A stretch of DNA of 61,506 bases, counting the filler, from Sphacelaria rigidula (Eukaryota): the NCBI GenBank assembly GCA_964200075.2. It is 6 parts of 6 records of this genome, joined end to end, with 100 filler letters (N's around TTAATTAATTAA, not from the genome) between each part and the next. Parts side by side here need not be neighbours in the genome. Positions count along the whole stretch, not along the records: positions 1 to 10,169 come from CAXNAA020006995.1; 5 more parts are not named here. One strand, written 5' to 3'. The notes under the pieces are model-generated. The model worked only from the letters and a program-made list of their open reading frames with translations, had not been told where the DNA came from and made no database searches. How positions within the stretch are numbered: position 1 is the stretch's first letter; each line of letters starts with the position of its first letter. Positions 1-10,269 of this stretch are shown piece after piece. The position numbers were made by a program, and so were the translations under genes.

Positions 1-62
1 GGTCAATGGTCAAATGACTAAGGAAAGCAACAAATGAGTACGCCCCCCCCCCCCGCCCCCCT
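1..62 (+). mobile_element. 3' terminus of non-LTR retroelement family B (C-rich tail)
   Basis: ggtcaatggtcaaatgactaaggaaagcaacaaatgagtacg + poly-C, matching the LINE 3' end at 33750-33811. Confidence 0.8.
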
Positions 63-178
63 GCCCACCCATCGTGGGATGACTCGACCGCTGACAACAT
101 ACGCGAGCACACACCAACAACGTTCTAGGTTAATCTAAGCAACGGCGTCGGTATCAGAAATGGTGCCATCTACCGTGT

Positions 179-2809
179 TCAGAACCCCGGAGGATACGCA
201 CTGGAGACTCCTAGCTCAAACTTCATGTTCGAATCCCTCTTTGACTCTTCAAAAGGCGCATCATCAAGTTCGCCCAGACGTCCAGGTACCACTATCGGCG
301 AACTACATACCAGCCCCGTACTTCCACCATCACTGCTGACAAAGCCACCACCACCACGCGCGCTTGTCCAACTACTCGAAGAGGCAGGAAACTCATGACA
401 CTCCCTCATCCCATCGCCACTGTGAGTAGGAGAATGGACTGCCACCTCTACCTTCATTCTTGCTCCTGCTGTTGTCCCAAAAGTCACCTTTCCACCAGTC
501 CTTGAAAGTGGGCATCCCGACAGCAACGGCGTTCTTACACCCTGCCTGACACCGGCATCGGCATTGCGGCGAGCACCAACAAAGTCGTTTGCAATAGGGC
601 CCGAGAATGCCGCGCGCGTGCGTTTCGTTCCTCGTACATCAGCAACGCTTTCTCCACTGGCCTCCATCAGGCCACGGCCGGGGAACCCCTCCCCAGTGTT
701 GAGCTTCGCGGTGTCTGACACCGCAGCTGTGTTGCGTGCACTAGCGTGTTCTCGGCAAAACGTCGCCTCATCAACGTTGTGCTTCTTGTGGATAACCCAT
801 TTGGAACACCCCACTTCACTGCACCTTTTGCTCCCCATATTCATCATTCCCGCCCTGGCATGCTCAGAGCAGAACTCTGCCTTTGCGCTGCCCGCAACAC
901 CGTACGACCGCCTGTTGGAGCATCCTTCGTAGCTGTAGTTCTTGTTCACCGCATCCACAATTTCCGTCCTGGCATGCTTGGAGCAGAAGTCCGCCTTGTT
1001 GCTTCCCACTGAACCATATAACGCCTTAGTGGAGCACCCGTCATAGCCGCACATCTTGCTCACAACATTCATAATTCCCACCCTGGCACGCTCGAAGCAG
1101 AACTTCGCCTTCTTGCTTCCAGCTACTCCATAAGACGCCTGAGTAGAGTAGCCCTCGCAGCCGCCCTTCTTGTTTCTCACGTTCACCATTCCCTCCATGG
1201 CATGCTTGGAGCAGAACTCCGCCTTCTTGCTTCCTTCTACACCAAAATACGCCTGAGTCGAGCAGCCCTCGTAGCCGCACACACTAACTCGCACATTCAC
1301 CATCCCCGCCATGGCATGCTTGGAGCAGAACTCCGCCTTCTTGCTTCCCACTACACCATAAGACGGCTTCGTGGAGCAGCCCTCATAGCCGCACTTCGTC
1401 CTTGCCAAGTTGACCATCCCCGCCTCGGCATGCTTGGAACAGAACTCTGCCTTCTTGCTTCCTACTACACCATGACACGCCTGCTTTGAGCAACCCTCGT
1501 AGCTACACTTCTTGCTTTTCACGTCCACCATCCCCGCCCAAGCGTGCTTGGAGCAGAACTCCGCCTCCTTGCTTCCTACTACACCATAACACGGCTTCGT
1601 GGAGCAGCCCTCGTAGCTACACTTCTTGTTCTTCACGTCCACCATCCCCGCCCTAGCGTGCTTGGAGCAGAACTCCGTCTTCTTGCTTCCTACTACACCA
1701 TACGACGGATGATTTGAGCAGCCCTCGTAGCCACACTTCTTGCTCTTCACGTCCAACATCCCCGCCCTAGCGTGCTTGGAGCAGAACTCCGCCTTCTTGC
1801 TTCCTACTACACCATAATACGGCTCCGTGGAGCAGCCCTCGTAGCCGCACCTCTTGTTCACAACATTCGTCATCCCCGGCCTGGCGTGCTCAAAGCAGAC
1901 CTCCGCCTTCTTGCTCCCAACCACACCAAAAGACGGGTGCTTCGAGCAGCTCTCGTAGCTACACTTCTTGCTTTTCACGTTCACCATCCCCGCCCTAGCG
2001 TGCTTGGAGCAGAACTCCGCCTTCTTGCTTCCTACTACACCATACGACGGATGATTTGAGCAGCCCTCGTAGCCACACTTTTTGCTTTTCACGTTCACCA
2101 TTCCCGGCCTAGCGTGCTTGGAGCAGAACTCCGCCTTCTTGCTTCCTACTACACCATAATACGGCTCCGTGGAGCAGCCCTCGTAGCCGCACCTCTTGTT
2201 CACAACATTCGTCATCCCTGGCCTGGCGTGCTCAAAGCAGACCTCCGCCTTCCTGCTTCCAACCACACCAAAAGACGGGCGCTTTGAGCAGCTCTCGTAG
2301 CTACACTTCTTGTTTTGCACGTTCACCATCCCCGCCCTAGCGTGCTTGGAGCAGAACTCCGCCTTCTTGCTTCCAACTACACCATAAGACGGCTGCTTTG
2401 AGCAGCCCTCGTAGCCGCACCTCTTGCTTACCACATTTACCATCCCTGACCTGGCGTGCTCAAAGCAGAACTCCGCCTTCTCGCTTCCTAGCACACCATA
2501 CGACGGACGCTTTGAGCAGCCCTCGTCGCCGCACCTCGTCTTTACAACATTCGTCATCCCTGCCCTGGCGTGCTCAGAGCAGAACTCCGCCTTCTGGCCT
2601 CCAGCTACTTCCTGAGACGGCCTATAGGAACAGCTCCCGTCAACGCATTTGTTCTTCACATTCACCCCTCTCGCCGTCGCATGTTTGGAGCAGAACTCCA
2701 CCGTGTAGCACTGTGAACCGTGATATGGCGGATCGCAGCAGCCCTTGGTGATGCGATTTTCTTCTGCGACGTCGGCCGTCAGGTGCTTCGCGTGGGGCTT
2801 CTTCGAAGA
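179..2809 (-). CDS. EsV-1-7 repeat (Cys3His zinc-finger-like) protein: 17 tandem 38-aa repeats plus a ~190-aa low-complexity C-terminal tail
   Basis: ORF 179..2701 carries the consensus CGYEGCSxxPxYGVVGSKKAEFCSKHARAGMVNVxxKK on a 114-nt period (repeat 1 Cys at 2647, repeat 17 Cys at 823), matching the EsV-1-7 family pattern. The listed start at 2701 is GTG. The frame stays open to 2809 through a degenerate repeat (GCCDPPYHGSQCYTVEFCSKH) and is preceded by a pyrimidine-rich tract and TAG, so an upstream exon is likely. First in-frame ATG is at 2557. Confidence 0.92.
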   Translation of the reverse strand, partial: SSKKPHAKHLTADVAEENRITKGCCDPPYHGSQCYTVEFCSKHATARGVNVKNKCVDGSCSYRPSQEVAGGQKAEFCSEHARAGMTNVVKTRCGDEGCSKRPSYGVLGSEKAEFCFEHARSGMVNVVSKRCGYEGCSKQPSYGVVGSKKAEFCSKHARAGMVNVQNKKCSYESCSKRPSFGVVGSRKAEVCFEHARPGMTNVVNKRCGYEGCSTEPYYGVVGSKKAEFCSKHARPGMVNVKSKKCGYEGCSNHPSYGVVGSKKAEFCSKHARAGMVNVKSKKCSYESCSKHPSFGVVGSKKAEVCFEHARPGMTNVVNKRCGYEGCSTEPYYGVVGSKKAEFCSKHARAGMLDVKSKKCGYEGCSNHPSYGVVGSKKTEFCSKHARAGMVDVKNKKCSYEGCSTKPCYGVVGSKEAEFCSKHAWAGMVDVKSKKCSYEGCSKQACHGVVGSKKAEFCSKHAEAGMVNLARTKCGYEGCSTKPSYGVVGSKKAEFCSKHAMAGMVNVRVSVCGYEGCSTQAYFGVEGSKKAEFCSKHAMEGMVNVRNKKGGCEGYSTQASYGVAGSKKAKFCFERARVGIMNVVSKMCGYDGCSTKALYGSVGSNKADFCSKHARTEIVDAVNKNYSYEGCSNRRSYGVAGSAKAEFCSEHARAGMMNMGSKRCSEVGCSKWVIHKKHNVDEATFCREHASARNTAAVSDTAKLNTGEGFPGRGLMEASGESVADVRGTKRTRAAFSGPIANDFVGARRNADAGVRQGVRTPLLSGCPLSRTGGKVTFGTTAGARMKVEVAVHSPTHSGDGMRECHEFPASSSSWTSARGGGGFVSSDGGSTGLVCSSPIVVPGRLGELDDAPFEESKRDSNMKFELGVSSAYPPGF
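746..2647 (-). repeat. 114-bp coding tandem array (17 units), including a 342-bp three-unit duplication (2305..1964 and 1963..1622)
   Basis: Units 4-6 and 7-9 are near-identical in translation (CSYESCSK(R/H)PSF / CGYEGCSTEPYY / CGYEGCSNHPSY). Confidence 0.95.
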
Positions 2810-5800
2810 CTAACTGCTCACGGTAGCACAAAAAGCCAAAACGGCGGGAAGTCTGCCGTGAGCCATGTGTGAAAGCGAGTTGGAACGCTTTGCAGAACGA
2901 TTGGGACTTTCGTTGGGGTATATACTCCAGAGAAGAAGAGGCTGCCTGCATTCAACTCAGACGACGCTACATGTAAGCTGACCTTAACAACTGCAGCACA
3001 ACTGCAAGAGAGTTCTAGCGAACGGGATATCCTGTACACTATTGCAGTACGGATGAAGGTGAACGAAGCGCTACCGCAGTACAATAGCAGGATTGTGCGG
3101 CGGAAAACATGCCAAAGCACCGTAGCACCACAAAAGCCTGCCCGAACTTGAACATACACGAGACAGTGGATTTGGATCAAACGTTTCACAGCTACCATAT
3201 CTGCTGTCATCGTTTCGACGCACACTCCGTCTACATGGCACCACATAGCACGAAAGCGCCAAGACGCACTAGAGGGAAACGGATCATGAATCGATACCGG
3301 CTGGACAAGGTTCAGCAAATGCACGCCGTCGTTCGAAGGCAACTGCGGATGCATCGCCCAGGCCATGTTCTAGGCCATGATCTTATCGCTAGTTCTCTGC
3401 TGGGTATTTCTCGTTGCACAAATAGCAGCAGTGTCCAAAACATCGTCGGCAATATATTCTAGCTTGCACAGCACCCCAGGTCAAGACAGCAACTCCCAGA
3501 TACACTATCGCAACACGATCCGTGCATCGGTGGTGAAATATTTCAAAAACCCTTGTCAGCTACGCGCCGTCATGGAAAGGAAGCATTCACTCCCCGCAAT
3601 TCAATTTGCTCCTGGTGTTTGTACTGGATCAACATGACTTCTCATCGCATGTAAGAGAGGCTCCACGAGCGGTTCTATACGCAAAGGCACCGGATTGACA
3701 TCGTTGTAATGGTACCAATGAGCCGTTGTGCTGTGTTCTGCCGTGGCCGTCGCTGGTGTTCAAAAGCCACGGTGGTGAGCCTATATATACGACGCCACAT
3801 GGATCATGCCTGATGGGGTACTGTGTGGTGTCGACGCATGGATACTGCGCTCGCCGTGAAATCGAAGGCGACGGTACAGTTTGGTGCAAGGTGGCAAGTA
3901 CTGTGCTTATATGACATATACCTGTGCAGACCGCGCCCTGTACACCATCCGCATAAGTTTTCGCGACCCTGTGTAAGTTTGTCCGGCGTGAATGAACTAC
4001 ACAAGGTGTGAAGGCGGCCCTGTACAGCTGTTCTTGAGTAGCTGTAAGCCCGTGAGGGTTACTTCAACAACACACCGTATAAGAAAGAAGGAGAGCCCCT
4101 CGCCAAACAGAGACGAACTCACGATAGGCAACGGTGAAGATGTTCCTTTGCTGCAGGACTATCGACACGTAAACACAATTATTTATGATGCACGTGCTTC
4201 AGCTATCCCAGCGTATACTACAAGCTATCCTGGACACACACTATACCCCCTGTTTGGGGTCTCACCAGAGTACGGTTGATCGAAGGCCCAGATCACCGCA
4301 CTATGGTGGGCCCCTGCACCATACTGGTGAAGTGGAGCTACTTTCAGTAGTCCAGCGGATAGGAAATATGACAAGTAGGACGAGTATTGTTGACTGCACT
4401 GTGGTGGCATTCCCATTGTACGAAGTAATACCGAGCAAACCTATTGAACAACGGGACAGGACCATTCGGCTATTCCAAGAAAAGAAGCTGTTATTCTCGA
4501 TGGGATTTCTGAATGATGAAACCTACCTGCACAGAGCACGTCCTTCTCAGACACCTATGAGGCAGAGCATACCAATACACTAACCACGCGCTCACCGGCA
4601 TGACATGGGGAGTAATGGTACCTGTAGCTGTGAAGAGGGTTCATGCAACACCGAACCAAAGTCCGTCAACCCAAGTACTGTGCGGCGTGATAGCATGTAC
4701 TATGTGAGACGCATCTGCGATGTGAGTAGATGGAAAATGTCACAGTTCAACCATCAGGAATGTAAGACGCTTGCAAATAAAATCCGCACCTAAGTTGCGT
4801 CTAGTGTTCACGACCGGCAATACACAAAGTGGCTGTACTGTTGAGCACACCCACTACGCATTACCACGCGGTACGGTGGTCACAAAGAGCAACGCATGCT
4901 GCCTGTTCGACAAGCGCGAGACCGAAGGACGTGTACCAATCTCCTTGACGCATTGCAGTATTGATGATCGGACGGGCGGCATTGCGTTGGTCGCGCTTAC
5001 TGTTGACGTGTACGCTCCGTTTATTTTACAAAGCAAGCGAGAGAAACGAACATGCCTGTTCCTGCCGCATGAATATTCAACACATTCGACACATGAAAAT
5101 ATCCCCCTGCTCCACATACCTGATATGAAACATTCCACGTTTTCCTGGGATAAACGATCTGCCAACCTTTCGGAATGATGTCCAAGACTCGCAGAAAACT
5201 ACACAGCATTGTAAAAAGTTGGTTCGAGATCGCAGAATACCTGCGAACGTCGGTGAACGATGTTCTCAACTGGTATATATCTGGGAACGTCCATCGGTCC
5301 TGATTGTGTTTCGCTCGATCGCAAGGAATGGAAAACGGGTATCCCGTGTGCTGGACGGCGATTCATCCGATGATTGGAAGCCAGTGATTCGTTATACTTG
5401 TAGAGGACGTGGTCAGTGTTCTTGAAGAGAAAAATATACAGAAACTCAAGGACATACATTAAATCGTTCGAAAACATTGATATGAACCGACAGATGGTCT
5501 GATAATACGTCTGAGAGGGTTCCTCTTAATTCACGGAAATCTGAAAACGTTCCAAGGAGTTGTGCAGAAAAACGGAAATACCTGTAAATGTTTGAAAGAG
5601 CCGTCTCTGGGGTGAACAGTTGCTCCACGTGTGCTGGGCCCAATCCTCCTAGAAAACAAGTTTTGTACCCATGTCGTTCACATATCTTCACGTATAGATG
5701 GGTATTTCACGTATGTCACTCGCAGTTGTTACAAACATATAAATACTCTCTGCGTGTCACACCCGTATGTTTTGAAGTGGACGCGTGTTCCCCGTACGCT

Positions 5801-6339
5801 CCGCAGATGCGTTCTAAAGTGAACCGCTGTTCAATACATCGTACATGTAACAAACCAACGCATCCGTACGTGTTCCGATTCGGGCATTTACTGCATAGTC
5901 AGTGCAGACATTCCGATAGTAGTATAACCGTGTGCTGCAACTCACTGTCTGTACGGCGCGGTGCCCTTTTCATTGCAGGGTGTGCAAACGCCAGAGTAGA
6001 TATGGGGGAAGAGGGAGGAGATGCCCAGATAGGAGAGGATACGGCAACGCATGACACGCGTCGCAAAGTAGCGGCTGTATAAAGTGAGGGATCAGTTCCC
6101 CCTCGCTTCGCCCTGATGGTGTACTAGTATGACTGTTACCGCTATGGTGGAGAGTATGTGAGTTCGGTTCCTGCCAGGTCCGTTGGTTATCATGTTCGAA
6201 GCATCTGACTTACACCATAAAAAGCGTGACTACGTGTGTGAACAAAAAGCAGTTGACATGCGTTTGTTTGACGAGAGTTGACGCCATGCGGAGGTGATTA
6301 ACCCGCTCGCGAGACTCAAATGTAAGGCGTGTACCGCGG

Positions 6340-6620
6340 GGTTATACTCATGATCATGCATACCATAGCCATGAACACCATTAATCTCGCATCCCTACAA
6401 TGCCGGGACGGAGCATGCAGGGTTTTCGCTGGACCAGGCTCGCACTCAAGCACCAAGCACGAAGCGCCGTGGTGTGTCCAGCGAGTCGCATGAAGGGTGA
6501 GCCGTGTCCTTCTAGGATTGTTCGATCCGAAGCCTGCTGATTATCTTGCATTCGGATGACAGTCTACAATGAGTTGCTTCATTTTCTGGTCTCGCTACTT
6601 CCAGAGACAGCCACGGGTTA
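6340..6620 (-). mobile_element. 3' fragment of non-LTR retroelement family A
   Basis: Reverse complement matches 17500-17790 and 32655-32955 (gaagcaactcatt...gctccgtcccggc...gggatgcgag...gcatgatcatgagta). Confidence 0.75.
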
Positions 6621-6892
6621 TACACGGCCTCATTGACGTCTCACTATTTGAACACTACGTAGTACGATTGTCCCCCGTGCGCGGAGTTGAGGTTCTCCCA
6701 CGCCACACAACATGACCGAGCTCGACTACCATCATGCTTACCGTAAAAAAAAGCGCAAGCGCGCAAAAACATCGGTGACCTGGCTCCCTAGCTCACGCAG
6801 TGAGTCGTGTGTTCTACAGCGTCATCGCCAGCCGACGCCGATCCCATCGGGGGTCCGCCCCTACAAATGCGGGACGGATCAGGCTGTACACG

Positions 6893-6970
6893 AGGGGAGG
6901 GGCGTACACATTCGTTGCTTGCCTTAGCCGTTTGACCATTGACCACGCATCCCTTTCGAGATGGAGCGTG
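6893..6970 (-). mobile_element. 3' terminus of retroelement family B
   Basis: Reverse complement reads gctccatctcgaaagggatgcgtggtcaatggtcaaacggctaaggcaagcaacgaatgtgtacgcccc. Confidence 0.75.
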
Positions 6971-7248
6971 TACCGGGGAGAGATGAGTTGGTCCCTCGAG
7001 ACCACGGGCTCGTCCCCAGGTAGGGCAGGGGTTCAAAATATGACATCTGGGATGCTCGATGTAGAGTGTGCCGATACTGTCAGCTTCGGCTACCTTTGCT
7101 GTGCCCGTAAACATGTCGTGAACGGTAGGTAATGCTTTTCATTGTTGGCTATAGCGTATTACCGACCACGAGTTCTGTGCGGAAAGTAGCCGGAAGTCTC
7201 TCTGTATCTCGATGAACCGATCGCTCCGGTGCCTCAGCTGGTACTTTC

Positions 7249-7785
7249 CAGGGCTATGCATGTTACACGTGGTACAACATTACACGTCACGTTCACGTCA
7301 CGTTTCGGCCGAAACGTAACGTAGCGTGACCGTCAATAATTCATATAGCACGGTAAGGTGACGTGAATTTTGAAGGTGCCAAACGAAACGTAACGTGACC
7401 GTTTAGCTGTCCAAACCTTCAAAACACGTAGTATGGCACCTTCTTTGAAGCGTGTATCGTGTACTAGACGTTACACGTGTATCAGACGTTACACGTGTAC
7501 TAGATATTACAGGTGTATTAGACGTTACACGATAAATGAAACGTCATGAACACGTTACATGAAGCGGTGCACACTTCAAGTTTGCAATCAACTTTGAAAT
7601 CCTAGAAGATCGTGTTTCAATGAGCACGAGTGCGTTTTGATGACCATGGTATAGGACATACTATTTCAGCCGGTTGGCACGCCCAGCGCCACATCACACA
7701 TCATAAAAAAATCATAATCATCCACATTCATATCAATAAAAGAAACCGGGTGTGACGTCACCGTTTACGCCACGTTAACGTGCAG
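7249..7785. mobile_element. Probable degenerate MITE with ACGTTACACGT-type subrepeats
   Basis: Many acgt/gttacac motifs, an 18-bp tandem unit (agacgttacacgtgta..) about 4 times at 7466-7530, and imperfect inverted ends (tgcatgttacacgtgg vs ccacgttaacgtgca). Confidence 0.4.
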
Positions 7786-8053
7786 TAAGTACATGAAATG
7801 GATCTAGAGGGGGCATCGGCGGGTCCTCAACTAAGGGGTACCACAGCCTCCAGCAAATCTCGGCCGTTGCCTGCAGCTACAGCATCTACCGCAACGGCGA
7901 ACAGAGGTACCGACGACTCGCCTGCCCCGTGGCCGCAACGATCACTGATCATCGTGCAAAACGAGCGGAACAAGTTGAAGGTCGCCACGCAAAGTCATCA
8001 GGGTACTCTGTCACCGCTCTATCAGTACATTACCCAATTCTCGGCTGCCTTGT

Positions 8054-8248
8054 CTAACGGTCATCTGCCGAGTCTTGACGCCGAAGGGAGACCGGTGCAG
8101 CCACCTCATGAGATACGTGTCCAATAAGAACGGGCGTCATGCCGAACCACATGAAGAGAAAATACGAAATCACGTACAAGTTGTAGATGGCGGCGGGCGT
8201 ATACTCCAGCGCAACACAGCGCGAGACGGGAGGTATCCTCCAGAGGGC
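8054..8248 (-). CDS. Possible terminal exon of an unknown protein with one hydrophobic segment
   Basis: After an (AC)n tract and AG, a 65-codon frame reads ALWRIPPVSRCVALEYTPAAIYNLYVISYFLFMWFGMTPVLIGHVSHEVAAPVSLRRQDSADDR*. Upstream exons not resolved. Confidence 0.35.
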   Translation of the reverse strand, partial: ALWRIPPVSRCVALEYTPAAIYNLYVISYFLFMWFGMTPVLIGHVSHEVAAPVSLRRQDSADDR

Positions 8249-8260
8249 CTTATCAGCAAC

Positions 8261-8262
<2 letters not shown>

Positions 8263-8322
<60 letters not shown>

Positions 8323-8328
8323 GCGTGC
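8263..8328. repeat. (GT)n microsatellite
   Basis: About 27 perfect GT units followed by GCGT variants. Confidence 0.97.
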
Positions 8329-10169
8329 GATGTGAGAGGGTGGCAGTACAACTGAACGCCGAAACGATACCGCACTAACGATGCCAGTAGCGGTTGTTTC
8401 TCCTTCCTTTTTTAGGTTTGCGGTAGGCCATTGTTTGTGACGGTACGGCGCTGTTACAAGTTACAATGCTTGTATATCAGTGCTCACAGAAAAGGTCACT
8501 GAACTGTGCTACGTCCTGTAATACACTCTACGTTGCGGCGGCTGTGCCCCATACACTTGCAACATGAGACAAGTTAACTGAAGGGTACGTACTACAAACT
8601 GAGAAGCATCGTGTGTACTGTACTGGGTGTACAGAGCTTGTATGTTTTATCTATATAAACGCCCCTTTGTCTTTTTCAGAAGCGCGGTCGTCAAAATGGA
8701 AACACACCGTAGTGTACAACTGTATGATACAGGCATGTGTATCGTACGATAATATTAGTCCCATTGCATTACTGTACTGTACTGTACTGTGCTACGGCTC
8801 TATAGTACAGATATACAGTGCGGCTGTACTCTATATGCACCAACGATAACACCGTGCATGTATCGTGTGGTGTATGTTTTACTTTCTTCTTTTTACTCGT
8901 GTACTCTTGTACTATAGACTGTTGTACTGGGGTTTTGTGTTTTTGGTGTTGAGTCATTGCTTGTGTACCGTTTCGAATATACTGCAATGTACTTTTCCAG
9001 AATGATACGCATATACGTGTTCCTACCCTGCTGGTTCAAATCCTGGGTGCATCATTTTACTCCACGTTTTCCCCGCGAAAACGCCAATTATGTATTTTTG
9101 AGTGTTGTGTTCTCTGCTTATCAGGACAACATATGCATACTCGCACGCTTCACCCCCCATGACACTCGAACTCCTTTCCACGTAATTTGTATGTTCTTGT
9201 CTCCTTGTGTTAACGTGTGCTCAACTGCAGGAGAGAAGACCTCTGGAAAGTAATACTCTTCTTCTATTCTGAGCAGGGTGCGGCCGCTGTTCACAACGGA
9301 AGACCCGAAGCACCTACACCGCAAGCTCGTCATATGGTGCGTCAACGGTCGACCGTGAGCATCTCTCGACGATGTCGGTGTCAGGATGCTCGTCGCAGAG
9401 TTTGCGCCGGATTACGCCGGGGAAATCGACGCTTAACAAGCTCCTCGTTGACTTCACCTCAGAAGTACAGAACAACGTGATCGGGGCCCTCAAGACAGCG
9501 CATGAAGAAGACCGCATGATCGCACACACCGGGGGCTTCTGCAGCCTGTAGCTTAATCTGACTGTGGTCAACCAAGACTTCTGCACAGCATCAGCGTCAT
9601 TGATTTTTTCCGAACAGCACCGATGTGGAGCACGTCAGGTTGGAAAAGCGCGTGCTTCCTGGCACCCACAAGGAAGCCGTTGTGTCACGGTGAATCAAAG
9701 AGGTGGGAGAACTAGATAAATTGCGTACAAAATACTCGGCGGTAGAACTAGCCGTGTTCCTGGTAAATTTTGTTCTTCACCTTCTTCATGTTTTCCAGAA
9801 CACATTCATGAGGCCGTTTCCTCCGGCTTGTCCTCTATATTCAGTTGGGCTCGTATTTTCCACTTTTGGGACATTTGGCAAGATTGCTTGACCCCCGAAC
9901 AGGGAAAATCGCCTCCTCACACGTCTTGGACACTTAGCATCACCCCACCGAGAGGAGTCTAGCACACTTTACCAATTCGCTTGGGTCAGAGATATCGAGA
10001 GCATCCTCTAGACAAAAACATGAGTTAAATATCGAATGCGGTGTCTGGAGGCATTCTTCCACGGTTAGGACGATTCGTAACGACTACGAATCACCAAATC
10101 CACGATTTCTTCGGCCTGATTGCCCAAAAGGGAGAAAAAAGTTGACCACTGTTCCAAGGGGTATCCACG

Positions 10170-10269
10170 NNNNNNNNNNNNNNNNNNNNNNNNNNNNNNN
10201 NNNNNNNNNNNNNTTAATTAATTAANNNNNNNNNNNNNNNNNNNNNNNNNNNNNNNNNNNNNNNNNNNN
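10170..10269. other. Artificial contig spacer N44-TTAATTAATTAA-N44
   Basis: Identical 100-nt spacer with stops in all six frames; recurs five times. Confidence 0.98.

Noticed and set aside
746-2647. 114-bp array as CRISPR-like
   Set aside because: Continuous in-frame coding repeats without unique spacers; no cas genes; eukaryotic context.
179-2809. Endogenous phaeovirus insertion because of the EsV-1-7 domain
   Set aside because: No other viral genes or gene-dense ORFs on the contig; flanks are host repeats, and the family is widespread in brown algal nuclear genomes.
2818-6100. Numerous 60-180-aa ORFs here and in other intergenic stretches
   Set aside because: No recognisable domains or consistent splice structure; expected by chance at this GC content.
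10214-10225. TTAATTAATTAA palindrome recurring every ~10.27 kb as a biological periodic site
   Set aside because: Always embedded in N44 flanks; an assembly linker with six-frame stops.
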